NCBI GenBank assembly: GCA_046483735.1
Contig: JAWOCP010000078.1
Location: 2,802-66,801, forward strand
DNA from: Dehalococcoidia bacterium
Lineage (GTDB): Bacteria; Chloroflexota; Dehalococcoidia; GIF9; AB-539-J10
DNA: 64,000 bases
Direction: 5' to 3'
Of the stretch, positions 1-9,462 are shown piece by piece. Position numbers and translations under genes: made by a program. Position 1 is the stretch's first letter, and every line of letters begins with the position of its first letter. The notes under the pieces were generated by a model. That model had not been told where the DNA came from. It saw only the letters and a program-made list of their open reading frames with translations, and searched no databases.

Positions 1-1
1 T

Positions 2-166
2 GATGGCATAGACGACATCAGGCAGACGTATGAGCATTGGCTCATTGAGATTGAGAACTTCGTCAATCACTACAAAGTGCTGGAAACTAAGGAAGCCAGA
101 GTAGAAGCGAGAAAAGGTTCTGCGGCGGCAAAACAGGTGTTGACGAAGTACCACCGTTCAGCATAA
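2..166 (+). CDS. 3' end of an unidentified CDS (5' end outside window)
   Basis: Stop-free frame from the window edge to TAA at 164-166 (…HYKVLETKEARVEARKGSAAAKQVLTKYHRSA*). No recognisable motif. Confidence 0.35.
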   Translation, partial: DGIDDIRQTYEHWLIEIENFVNHYKVLETKEARVEARKGSAAAKQVLTKYHRSA

Positions 167-312
167 TGGTGTATCGTGTGATAATCCCGGTTTTTACACT
201 GCCGGCCACACTGGCTTATTTGAACCGGTACCGCTCCGAAACGGCCATCTAGAGCGGTGCAGGTATTTATGTTTACAAGGCTGGTTTTTGGGGGTAAAAT
301 AGCTATGATATT

Positions 313-388
313 GGGCGGTTAGCTCAGCGGTTAGAGCGCTTGCTTCACACGCAAGAGGTCACTGGTTCAAATCCAGTATCGCCCACCA
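313..388 (+). tRNA. tRNA-Val (anticodon CAC)
   Basis: Cloverleaf read by eye. Acceptor GGGCGGT/ATCGCCC (one G-U). D-arm TAGCTCAGCGGTTAGAGC. Anticodon stem-loop CTTGC-TTCACAC-GCAAG. T-arm GGTTCAAATCC. CCA is encoded. Confidence 0.9.
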
Positions 389-417
389 TGAACCGTGAGT
401 AAAAGGGAGGTCAACAA

Positions 418-801
418 ATGAACGAAGGCAGAGGAGGATTCCTTACAGCTGGCGGAGTACTGGCTATTATAGTAGGAGCATTCGAGCTGATTGGTGGAGT
501 GGGCGTGGTGGCCCTGAAACTTTTGGGATACGTGCCACCCAGAATGTGGTTTTGTCCTATTCCCCCGAACCCTGAAGGGGCCTTTCTAATGCGTATCTTC
601 CCGATGGGGCTGATTATTGTGGGAGGAGTTCTCGTTGTTCTGGGCATAATAGCCATAGCAGGTGGTGTCTCGGCCGTGAAGAGGAAGAGCTTTGGCTTGG
701 CCTTGGCCGGGGCTATCTGTGCCCTTCCATCGGGCGTTTTGGGGATACTGGCGCTTGTTTTTGTCTCTCTGGGCAAGGGAGAATTCGAGGCAGAGTACTA
801 G
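418..801 (+). CDS. small hydrophobic membrane protein (3-4 predicted TM helices), unknown function
   Basis: Strong SD AAGGGAGG lies 7 nt before the ATG. The product is Gly/Ala/Val/Leu/Ile-rich with helix-length hydrophobic runs. Its stop is 2 nt before the next tRNA. Confidence 0.6.
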   Translation: MNEGRGGFLTAGGVLAIIVGAFELIGGVGVVALKLLGYVPPRMWFCPIPPNPEGAFLMRIFPMGLIIVGGVLVVLGIIAIAGGVSAVKRKSFGLALAGAICALPSGVLGILALVFVSLGKGEFEAEY

Positions 802-803
802 AC

Positions 804-889
804 GCCGAAGTGGCGGAAAGGCAGACGCGCTACGTTCAGGGCGTAGTGTCCTTAAGGACGTGAGGGTTCAAATCCCTCCTTCGGCACCA
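804..889 (+). tRNA. tRNA-Leu (anticodon CAG), long variable arm
   Basis: Acceptor GCCGAAG/CTTCGGC. Anticodon stem-loop CTACG-TTCAGGG-CGTAG. Long variable arm TGTCCTTAAGGACGT. T-arm GAGGGTTCAAATCCCTC. CCA is encoded. Confidence 0.9.
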
Positions 890-907
890 TCTGTGTGGTG
901 TGTGTAT

Positions 908-981
908 GCGCCTGTAGCTCAGCTGGATAGAGCGCAGCCCTGCGGAGGCTGAGGTCGCGGGTTCAAATCCCGCCAGGCGTG
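908..981 (+). tRNA. tRNA-Arg (anticodon GCG)
   Basis: Acceptor GCGCCTG/CAGGCGT. D-arm TAGCTCAGCTGGATAGAGC. Anticodon stem-loop CAGCC-CTGCGGA-GGCTG. T-arm GCGGGTTCAAATCCCGC. No CCA is encoded. Confidence 0.85.
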
Positions 982-985
982 CTGG

Positions 986-1058
986 GGGCGGTTAGCTCAG
1001 TGGTGAGAGCGCCTGTCTTACACACAGGAGGTCACTGGTTCAAATCCAGTACCGCCCA
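986..1058 (+). tRNA. tRNA-Val (anticodon UAC)
   Basis: Acceptor GGGCGGT/ACCGCCC. Anticodon stem-loop CCTGT-CTTACAC-ACAGG. T-arm TGGTTCAAATCCA. Near-duplicate of the Val-CAC backbone. No CCA is encoded. Confidence 0.9.
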
Positions 1059-1101
1059 CTGTCGACTTAGCTTGGCATAAGCGTGCATTCGGTTGGCTGA
1101 G

Positions 1102-1416
1102 CTATCTATCGAGGCCGGTATATGTCCATGCTGACGTTGGCATTATGTCGTATATTGTTATCCTCGGCTCTGACGCTAAGAGCGCCATTGCCTCTTGTAG
1201 TATCTGCTGGCTAATCTTTGAACTTTCCCATGCCTCCCAGTTCTCAAGTCTCTCCCAATTGTACAATAGGGCTACAATAGAAGTGTCTTTTACGCTTCTG
1301 ATGTGCTCAGCACTGATGAAACCCGGAAATGTAAGCGCATATGATCTTAGCTTCACCAATACAGGTTGTATGTCTGCACCCTCCTTCAGTTCATATCCTA
1401 CGATAACCTTTATCAT
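1102..1416 (-). CDS. small ABM/Dabb-like (ferredoxin-fold monooxygenase-like) protein
   Basis: 104 aa. The pattern MIKVIVGY…G…FPGFISAEH…WESLENWEAW is typical of antibiotic-biosynthesis-monooxygenase-type domains. Confidence 0.45.
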   Translation of the reverse strand: MIKVIVGYELKEGADIQPVLVKLRSYALTFPGFISAEHIRSVKDTSIVALLYNWERLENWEAWESSKISQQILQEAMALLASEPRITIYDIMPTSAWTYTGLDR

Positions 1417-1704
1417 TATGCTCCTTCCTGCTATGTGTCCTCGACAACCTGAAATTTGCCATGTAAGGCTTCAGTGTTGAAGTAGCACATTATAGCATTA
1501 GACATTCGCACAGCAAACAACCATGAATCGCTGGTGATAGGCCGCAGAGTTCAGAAACTGCGCAGCAATTGTGAATCACTGGCTTTGTGGCTAGCTAACT
1601 TGGGTTGACAAGAATATGCCATGTGTGCTACCTTGTTGGGCCGACTTGATGAATACCACCGGCGTAGGTATTCAGAGACTGTGTAACCTAACAGGGACCA
1701 AAGA

Positions 1705-3774
1705 ATGAGGTATGCAGAGACAGGGGTTAATCTAGAGATTGATCTCTCCCGTGGAAGTATAGATAGAGAAGGAAGTGACCCGAGGTTAACTGAACTGCAC
1801 CTGGGTGGTCTAGGCACCAATACGAAGATACTATGGGATAGAGTTCCCCCTGAAGTCGAGCCATTCTCTCCCGAAAATCTACTCATATTCAGCACCGGGC
1901 TGCTGTGTGGCACACCTGCTCCTGGCGCTAATCGTACTATTGTCTCTACATTATCTCCTCAGACCGGATTGATGGCGTTTTCAATGATGGGGGGATTCTG
2001 GGCACCGGAATTAAAGCATGCCGGTTATGACAAAGTAATCATTCGTGGCAAGTCACCCAGTCTGGTTTATTTGTGGATAAACGATGACAAAGTGGAAATA
2101 CGCGATGCCTCTCACTTGCAGGGTAAAGGCGCTCTGGAAACTGCGGAGCTTATTCGACAGGAATTGAATGAACCCAAGGCCCACGTGGCTGCTATCGGTC
2201 TGGCTGGCGAGAACAGAGTCTATTTTGCTTCCATCGAGCAGGGCAAATCCAGTGCCAGCCGGGGCGGAATCGGCGCTGTTATGGGGGATAAAGGGTTAAA
2301 GGCCATAGCCGTTCGTGGAAGGAAGGATATCAACATCGCTCGACCGGAAGAATTCATGCAGCTCTGCAATGAGGTGCTGGAGTATATTCAGTTCCGGGCA
2401 GATAACCCCATCCAGGGGGTGCCGCCAATTCTGGCCGGCCTTGGGTCACCCCAGGAGATGGCCATCCACGATGAGGAATGGCACACCACTAATTTCTCGT
2501 GGGGGAATGCCCGTACTAGGAGAAAGGATTTCTGGACCAAGGAAACGGAAGGAAAATGGAGGAGGACTCAGGACAAGGCGGTGGAGCGGCTTATAAGTTG
2601 CTTCAACTGTCCCATGAAGTGCGGGGCAGTGATTGCACACCCGTCGCTAGGGCTTTCAAAATATATGATGAAATGCTACTCGAAGCTCACTTATGTGATG
2701 GGAGCTATGACGGATGACCTGGAGTTTGGTTTTCGAATCGCCGGTCTGGCTCAGGAATACGGAGTGGACGGATACACAACACCCCAGGTTATGGCCTTCG
2801 CGGTGGAGCTCTACGAGAACGGTATCTTAACCGACCAGGACATGCCGGAATTCCCGTCCGAAAATGAGGAAAGGTTTTTCTGGTTGCTTGACAAGATTGT
2901 CAGGCGAGAAGGGATAGGAGATATCCTGGCCAACGGCGTCTACCGGGCAGCTCGCGAGATTGGCAAGGGAGCAGAGGCCTACGATCATAATACTATTAAG
3001 AAGCAAGAGCAGATTCCCATGAAGCTGGGAATGTTGAACCCCATCTATTATATTATGTGGTCAACTGGCGAGAAGGTGAATATTACGCAGATTGAAGGAC
3101 AGCTTCCTCAGGCGCCTTTTCCTACTGAAGAGCTCAGGGGGGAGTTCGTAGAAGATTGGGTGCAGGTCCCCACCGGAAAGGAGGAAAGCTTCAAGCGATT
3201 TATTCTGGAATGGGGAGATGAAGACAAGAAACTGCCATTTTGGCCACCCATTGATTTGGTTTGCGACCTGGTTGAGTGGCAGGAGACAATGCATTATATC
3301 GATGATGCAACTGGGATCTGCGCCGGTCTGTCCTCATTCCCTCTGAAGCCGCCGTATCATATACATAATCTACCACGCATAATCTCAGCAGCCACCGGGC
3401 TGGATATCGATGAAGACGGGCTGTGGCAAATAGCCAAGAGAAATCGGAATCTGCTCAGGGGCGTTAATGTAAGAAGAGGTTTAAGAAGAAAAGACGAACG
3501 TCCTCCAGAAGACCATTGGAAGAAGAGATTTCCCGAGTTTGAAGCCGAGGTTCAGGATGAGTACTACAAGTTTAAGGGTTGGAATAACGAAGGCGTTCCA
3601 ACTAAGGAGACTTTGGAGAAACTCGGTTTGGATTACGTTAGCCAGGACTTTGAACAAAGAGGGGTTTATGCAGAGGAGAAAGTGGAGGTAAGCGAGCAGG
3701 ATTCCGCCAAGAGCGAAACGGCGAAGGTGCCTAAGAAGGGGTCTGAAAAGGGAAGAAGTCAGGGCAGTAAATAA
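1705..3774 (+). CDS. bamB: tungsten/molybdopterin aldehyde:ferredoxin oxidoreductase-family protein, BamB-like active-site subunit
   Basis: 689 aa. AOR-family N-terminus (GGLGTNTKILWD…, SPQTGLMAFSMMGGFWAPELKHAGYDKVIIRGKS…LWI.D.KVEIRDASHL.GK). First gene of a Bam-type syntenic block. TAATG overlap with the next gene. Confidence 0.8.
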   Translation: MRYAETGVNLEIDLSRGSIDREGSDPRLTELHLGGLGTNTKILWDRVPPEVEPFSPENLLIFSTGLLCGTPAPGANRTIVSTLSPQTGLMAFSMMGGFWAPELKHAGYDKVIIRGKSPSLVYLWINDDKVEIRDASHLQGKGALETAELIRQELNEPKAHVAAIGLAGENRVYFASIEQGKSSASRGGIGAVMGDKGLKAIAVRGRKDINIARPEEFMQLCNEVLEYIQFRADNPIQGVPPILAGLGSPQEMAIHDEEWHTTNFSWGNARTRRKDFWTKETEGKWRRTQDKAVERLISCFNCPMKCGAVIAHPSLGLSKYMMKCYSKLTYVMGAMTDDLEFGFRIAGLAQEYGVDGYTTPQVMAFAVELYENGILTDQDMPEFPSENEERFFWLLDKIVRREGIGDILANGVYRAAREIGKGAEAYDHNTIKKQEQIPMKLGMLNPIYYIMWSTGEKVNITQIEGQLPQAPFPTEELRGEFVEDWVQVPTGKEESFKRFILEWGDEDKKLPFWPPIDLVCDLVEWQETMHYIDDATGICAGLSSFPLKPPYHIHNLPRIISAATGLDIDEDGLWQIAKRNRNLLRGVNVRRGLRRKDERPPEDHWKKRFPEFEAEVQDEYYKFKGWNNEGVPTKETLEKLGLDYVSQDFEQRGVYAEEKVEVSEQDSAKSETAKVPKKGSEKGRSQGSK

Positions 3775-4301
3775 TGAAAACAGTCAAGGTAATTAAGATT
3801 GATGTTGATAAATGCAATGGTTGCCGGGCGTGCGAAGTAGCGTGTTCTGCCTTTCACGCTGCGCCTAAATATAGCACCACCAATCCAGAGAGGTCTCGGA
3901 TTCGGGTGTTTTGCGATCCGCTAAGAGATGTTTATGTTCCGGTGCTGGCCGGTGAATACACTGAGGCGGAGTGCAATAGCAGGAACATTTATACGATCAA
4001 CGAGAAGGAATTTGACGAATGTAGCTTCTGTAGAGCTTCCTGTCCGTCCAGGGAGCTTTTCAAAGAACCTGATTCGGGTCTTCCTTTGAAGTGTGACGTC
4101 TGTGAAGAGGAACCGCCGCTAGAAGAGCCGCTATGTGTTCAGTGGTGCTTGGCCGATGCGCTGACTTACGAGGAAAGAGAAGAGGAAGAGGAAGAAGAGG
4201 GAGATAAACGGAAGGAAATGGAGGTAGGGTTAGAAGCATTGGTGAAAAAACATGGGGCGCAGACGGTAAGGGATGCCCTTGCCCGAATAGCAGAGAGTTA
4301 A
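3774..4301 (+). CDS. bamC: Cys-rich Fe-S ferredoxin-like subunit, BamC-like
   Basis: 175 aa with CNGCRACEVAC and further Cys clusters (CSFCRASCP, CDVC…C..WC) and an acidic C-terminal tail. Translationally coupled to the AOR-like gene. Confidence 0.7.
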   Translation: MKTVKVIKIDVDKCNGCRACEVACSAFHAAPKYSTTNPERSRIRVFCDPLRDVYVPVLAGEYTEAECNSRNIYTINEKEFDECSFCRASCPSRELFKEPDSGLPLKCDVCEEEPPLEEPLCVQWCLADALTYEEREEEEEEEGDKRKEMEVGLEALVKKHGAQTVRDALARIAES

Positions 4302-4331
4302 GAATCAGAACAAGAGACAAGGAGTTAGAAG

Positions 4332-5477
4332 ATAACGGAGATTGTAACTCCCTTCAAGGAAGGGGTAGAGGCGGCAAGAGAGGCAGGCGGGGAGGCCTTC
4401 AGGTTTTGTTACCAATGTGGGTTATGCGATACCGTTTGTCCGTGGAATAGGGTTAGAAGCTTCAGTATCCGCAAGATAATCCGACAGACCACGTTCGGTC
4501 TTCCTGAGATAGAAGGTGAAGAGATATGGCGTTGCACTACGTGTGGAAGCTGCCCTCAACGGTGTCCCAGGGGCGTTGAAACGATAGATGTCAGTGTATC
4601 TCTCCGCCGGATTGCTTCGGAAGCGGGAATCACTCCTGCGCCAATCCACACCGTGAATGTAAGCGTGGGTACTGAAGGCAATCCCTTGCGTGAACCACGG
4701 GATAAGAGGACGGATTGGGCAAAAGGTTTGCCCGTAAAACCGTTCACTGAAGGGATGGAAGTTCTGTATTTTCCCTGCTGCTACCTCAGCTATGACTCAA
4801 GAACCAGAAGACTGGCTACTGCCACGGCGCATATTCTTAACAAGGCAGAGGTGGACTTTGGGATACTGGGTCCTGAACAGAATTGCTGCGGTGAGAGTGT
4901 CCGCAAGACGGGCGATGAGGGACTATTCAGGCAGTTAGCCAAAGGGAACATCAAGACGTTCATCGACAGCGGCGTGAAAAAAATTCTTGTGGCTTCGCCT
5001 CACTGCTACCACACATTCAAAAACGAGTATCCCGAATTCATGGTCAACTTCGAGGTAATTCATATCTCTCAGTATCTACTCCAGCTTATTAACGAGGGTA
5101 GGCTTGAGCTCACCAGAGAGTATGGCAAGAAGGTTACTTATCATGACCCGTGTTATCTTGGTCGGCACAACGGCATATATGACGAGCCCCGGGAGGTGCT
5201 GAGAAGGGTACCCGGTTTAGAGTTGATTGAGATGGCTGAGTCCCGGGAAGATAGTCTCTGTTGTGGAGGGGGAGGAGGTGGGATTTGGATGGACGTTTCA
5301 AAAGGTGAGAGGTTCTCCGACCTCAGAGTAGCACAGGCTGTTGAGACTGGGGCTGAGGCATTGGTTACTTCGTGCCCGTATTGCATCATCAATTTTGAGG
5401 ATAGTAAGTTAAGCATGGAGGATAGTGAAGTCATAGACATCAAGGATATTACGGAAATCATCCAAGAAGTGATTTAG
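4332..5477 (+). CDS. bamD: HdrD-like subunit (2x[4Fe-4S] plus two CCG domains), BamD-like; start codon uncertain and non-canonical
   Basis: The ORF track starts at GTG 4653, but the same frame is open from 4329. That upstream part encodes two ferredoxin motifs (CYQCGLCDTVCP, CTTCGSCPQRCP). Downstream are CCG motifs (NCCGES…, SLCCGGGGG). SD AAGGAG (4319-4324) sits 7 nt before ATA 4332. ATT lies at 4341. Confidence 0.65.
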   Translation: MTEIVTPFKEGVEAAREAGGEAFRFCYQCGLCDTVCPWNRVRSFSIRKIIRQTTFGLPEIEGEEIWRCTTCGSCPQRCPRGVETIDVSVSLRRIASEAGITPAPIHTVNVSVGTEGNPLREPRDKRTDWAKGLPVKPFTEGMEVLYFPCCYLSYDSRTRRLATATAHILNKAEVDFGILGPEQNCCGESVRKTGDEGLFRQLAKGNIKTFIDSGVKKILVASPHCYHTFKNEYPEFMVNFEVIHISQYLLQLINEGRLELTREYGKKVTYHDPCYLGRHNGIYDEPREVLRRVPGLELIEMAESREDSLCCGGGGGGIWMDVSKGERFSDLRVAQAVETGAEALVTSCPYCIINFEDSKLSMEDSEVIDIKDITEIIQEVI

Positions 5478-5497
5478 AGCAGTAAGGACGTAGAAGA

Positions 5498-8400
5498 ATG
5501 GAAAAAGAACCAGCCGAAGGACAGTTTGTGAAAGGTCTGGCAGAAAGTAACGTTGGAGATGTCATGGTGGTTGGTGCCGGGATTAGCGGCATTCAGGCTG
5601 CTCTTGATCTTGCCACTTCCGGTTTCAAGGTTTACTTGGTTGATAGTGCACCGGCTATCGGTGGCAAGATGGCTCAGCTTGACAAGACGTTCCCGACCAA
5701 CGACTGCTCCATGTGAATACTGTCGCCTAAACTGGTCGAGGTCGACCGGCAAGTTAACATAGAGGTCCTGACCTATACTGATGTTCGCAGTGTGGAAGGG
5801 GAGGTGGGGGACTTCAAGGTGACGCTGATTAAGAAGCCGAGATACATCATAGAAGATGCATGTCGGGGTTGCACTACCTGTACGGAGTATTGTCCGGTCA
5901 AGATCCCGGACGCATATAACCAAGGGTTGTCTTTGAGTAAATGCGCCCACATACATTTTGCTCAGGCAATTCCCCTGGTCACCTATATAGATGCCGATAC
6001 TTGCCTTTTCCTTAAAGATGAGAAATGTAACATTTGTGTAGGAGTTTGTCAGAATGATGCCATAGACCTTTACCAGAAAGAGGAGAGGGTAGAAATAGAG
6101 GTGGGGGCGATAATTCTGGCTGCGGGTTTTGAGCCATTCGACCCCGGAGTGAGGAGTGATTATGGCTATGGGAAGTTCAAGAATGTGGTGACCAGTCTTG
6201 ATTTTGAGCGGATATTGTGTGCCACCGGGCCTTATGAAGGTGAGATAAGGCGTCCTTCTGATGGGAAGCACCCGAAGAACATAGCTTGGATTCAGTGCGT
6301 TGGTTCCAGACAGGTTATCCCTGGTGGCAACAGCTATTGTTCATCCGTATGTTGTACATATACCCAGAAGCAGGTTATTCTGACCAAGGAGCATGACGCA
6401 GAGGCTCAGTGTACGATATTCCATAACGATATTCGTTCGTATGGCAAGGATTTTGAGCGGTACTACGAAAGAACGGAGAACCTCCCCGGGATTCGCTTCA
6501 TCAGGAGCTACGTGTCGCTAGGGAAAGAGATTCCGGAAAGCGAGAACGTAACCATAAAGTACTCTACCACCGATGACGGGGTAAAGGAAGAGGAATTCGA
6601 CCTCATCGTATTATCCATTGGATTGAGCCATCCCCGTAACGCGGAGGAATTGGCTGATAAGTTTGGCATCGACCTCGAGTCTCACGGATTCTGCAAGAAC
6701 AATCCTGTCAATCCGATGGAGACATCTCGCCCGGGAATTTTCGTGAGCGGAGCCTTTCAGGGTCCGTTGGATATTCCGGAGTCGGTTTTTACCGCCAGCG
6801 GAGCTGTATCTCAATGCGGTGAACTCCTTGATTACAGGCGAGGGAAGCTCACCAAGGAGAGGATATATCCACCGGAGAGGGATGTCTCCAGTGAGGAGCC
6901 CAGGATAGGGGTCTTCGTGTGTCATTGTGGAGCCAACATCGGAAGAGTGGTAAACGTTCCTTCCACGGTTGAATATGCTTTGACCCTGCCCAATGTTGTC
7001 CATGCTCAGGAACAGCTATTTTCATGTGCTACCAATTGTGCCAAAGAAATAACGGACATGATAGAGGAAAAAGGGCTCAACCGTGTGGTGGTGGCTGCCT
7101 GCTCGCCCAGGACTCTCGAAGGGCTTTTCCGGGACACTGTCCGAGAGGCGGGGATTAATCAATACTACTTTGAATTTGCGAATATCAGAGAACATTGTTC
7201 CTGGGTCCACGCTCGAGAAAAAGAAGAGGCTACCGAAAAGGCAAAGGATATCATCCGGATGTCGGTAGCTCGAGCCGCCCTCTTGCAGCCTTTACGGGAG
7301 TTCGAGCTGCCTGTCGATAAGAGGGCATTGGTGATTGGCGGAGGCATAGCCGGCATGACCTGTGCTCTGTCCATAGCCGAACAGGGACACGATGTCTACC
7401 TGGTGGAGAAAGACAAAGACCTCGGGGGAATGGCTCGCAGAATTTACTATACCCTGGAAGGACTGGATGTTCAGACATATCTGTCTGACCTCATAAGAAA
7501 GGTATATCAACACCCATTGGTGCATGTATACACTGACGCTACTATCATGGAGGCTACCGGTTATGTTGGAAATTTCGTAACCAAGGTGAAGTCTACACGA
7601 GGGGTCGCAGAGATAAAACATGGTGCAGCCGTCATCGCTATCGGGGTCGATGAATATAGACCCACTGAGTATCTTTGTGGGGAAGACGACAGGGTAATGA
7701 CCAATCTAGAACTGGAGGAGAAAATCGCGGGTAGAGATGAGAAGGTGGTTAGTGCCGAAAGCCTGGTCATGATCCAGTGCGTCGGTTGTAGAAATGAAGA
7801 GAGGAATTACTGCAGCCGGATATGTTGTAGCGAGTCTATAAAGAACGCCTTGAAACTGAAAGAGATTAACCCCCATATGGACATCTACATTATCTTTCGG
7901 GACATGAGAACTTATGGGTTCAGAGAGGATTATTACCGGGAGGCGGCGGACCGGGAAGTGAAGTTCATCCGCTACGAGCCCGATGACAAACCAGTGGTGG
8001 AAGCTACCCAAGAGAGCGGTAAGGAGATCTTAAGGGTAACCGTAACTGACCCTATTTTAGGCCAGAAGATTGCGATAGATGCTGATTTCCTTAGCTTAGC
8101 TGCTGCGGCAATTCCCTCAGGGGGAAACAGGGAGATATCTCAACTGTTCAAGGTGTCTCTGGGCCCCGATGATTTTTTCAAGGAAGCCCACGTCAAGTTG
8201 AAACCTGTTGATTTTGCCGCCGACGGCGTCTATCTTTGCGGGACGGCTCACTATCCCAAACATATACCGGAGGTGATCAACCAGGCTTATGGAGCTGCTG
8301 GCCGGGTGTTAACGCTTCTCTCGCGAGACTGGGTCACAGCCTCGGGGGCTATTTGCGAAGTGGATGAGGAGGAATGTATTTCGTGTGGGGCGTGTATCTC

Positions 8401-8602
8401 AGCCTGTGCGTATGCTGCTATAGAGTTTTATGATACACCGCAGGGCAGAAAAGCCAGAGTTAATCCTGTCCTCTGTAAGGGAGACGGCCTCTGTAACGCA
8501 AAGTGTCCGACAGGGGCAATACAGCTGAAGCACTTCACCGATGAAGAACTGCTGAGCCAGATTGATGCGGTGCTTTCCATCCCCGTAGCAGTCGGCCAAT
8601 GA
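5498..8602 (+). CDS. bamE: HdrA-like FAD/Fe-S subunit with in-frame UGA (predicted selenocysteine), BamE-like
   Basis: Track ORFs 5498-5716 and 5792-8602 share one frame. The only interruption is TGA 5714-5716, inside the HdrA signature [10 protein letters not shown]-[TGA]-ILSPK. There are two GxGxxG FAD folds ([12 protein letters not shown]; [12 protein letters not shown]) and several CxxCxxCxxxCP motifs. Confidence 0.8.
5732..5749 (+). promoter_or_regulatory. candidate bacterial SECIS hairpin for UGA 5714
   Basis: CTGGTCG-AGGT-CGACCGG forms a 7-bp stem (one G-U) with a 4-nt G-containing loop. It starts 15 nt after the UGA. Confidence 0.45.
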
Positions 8603-8637
8603 ACAGGGTAAGGTTACCGAGTTAGGAAGGAATATGA

Positions 8638-9405
8638 ATGGTTAAAGGGTTTGAGTTTAAGCCAAAGATCCTAGGTTTTGTCTGCCACTGGTGAGCATAC
8701 GGGGCTGCTGACCTAGCTGGAGTTTCCAGACTGCAATATACAACTGAGATCAGGCTTATCCGGGTCATGTGTTCCGGTAGAGTGGACATGGAATTTGTGC
8801 TCAGAGCCTTCTCTAACGGGATGGATGGGGTGTTCATTGGTGCTTGCCGTTTGAATGAATGTAACTATATTACTCATGGAAACCGAGATGCTCTGAACAT
8901 GGTGCTTCTATGTAGGAAAATAATGGAACACCTAGGGCTTAATCCTGAAAGATTAAGGATTGAATTTATGTCCTCCGGTGAAGGGTCCCTGTTCGCTGAA
9001 CTTGTCAATGATTTCGTCAAGACAGTGAAGGAATTGGGTCCTCTTGGCGAAGCCGAGGGCATAGACGAAAGTGAATTGAAGTCAGGACTGGAAGCGGCTA
9101 GAGGTCTGGTGCCTTACATCAGACTGGTGGAAAGGGAGCGACTGAGAGTGCGTTTCGATACAGAAGAAGAGTACAACGAGTATTACCGCAGTGAAGAGGC
9201 AGATAGATTATTCAGGGAATTGATTGCGGAGAAGTTAACCATAAGCCAGATTTTGTCGCTCATGCGAGAAAGGCCGCTTTCAACTGGAGAAATCGCGGAA
9301 GTCTTGGGCTTGACCCCGTCCGAAGTATCCAGATATCTCAATAGTTCGGCGAGAGTAGGATTAGTCAGGTTTGATGAAGTCCAGAAGTGCTTTGTTTTGG
9401 CCTGA
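8638..9405 (+). CDS. bamF: MvhD/FlpD-like subunit with in-frame UGA (predicted selenocysteine) and a C-terminal winged-helix-like extension, BamF-like
   Basis: The track ORF starts at 8767 (MCSGRVD…). The same frame extends upstream to ATG 8638, which has SD GGAAGG. The extension reads MVKGFEFKPKILGFVCHW-[TGA 8692-8694]-AYGAADLAGVSRLQY, matching the MvhD N-terminal C..WC.Y motif with Sec in place of the second Cys. Confidence 0.75.
8716..8731 (+). promoter_or_regulatory. candidate SECIS hairpin for UGA 8692
   Basis: GCTGGA-GTT-TCCAG(A)C forms a 5-6 bp stem with a bulged A and a small G/U loop. It starts about 21 nt after the UGA. Confidence 0.35.
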
Positions 9406-9462
9406 GGTGGAAAAGCAAGTACGAGATTGGCCGAAAGAAAGCAGCAGGTCAGGATAGTGGTT

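Noticed and set aside
411-952. Track ORFs 411-776 (minus strand) and 692-952 (plus strand)
   Set aside because: They overlap the SD-preceded membrane ORF on the other strand, or run through tRNA-Leu and tRNA-Arg. Their composition is Pro/Arg/Ala-rich, typical of antisense or off-frame translation.
1560-1704. Sigma-54 promoter upstream of bamB (TGGCTAGCTAACTTGG)
   Set aside because: The GG/GC spacing is off by one, and the -12 element is TTGG rather than TTGC. This is not a convincing match.
4299-4331. BamC-BamD read-through fusion (both genes are in the same frame)
   Set aside because: Two stop codons (TAA 4299 and TAG 4326) separate them, and neither is a UGA. An independent SD precedes the BamD frame.
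5474-6271. 265-aa ORF antisense to bamE, along with many other 60-160-aa antisense ORFs inside bamB-bamI, the AOR, hsdR and others
   Set aside because: They lie entirely within strongly supported genes on the opposite strand. They have no SD and no recognisable motifs.
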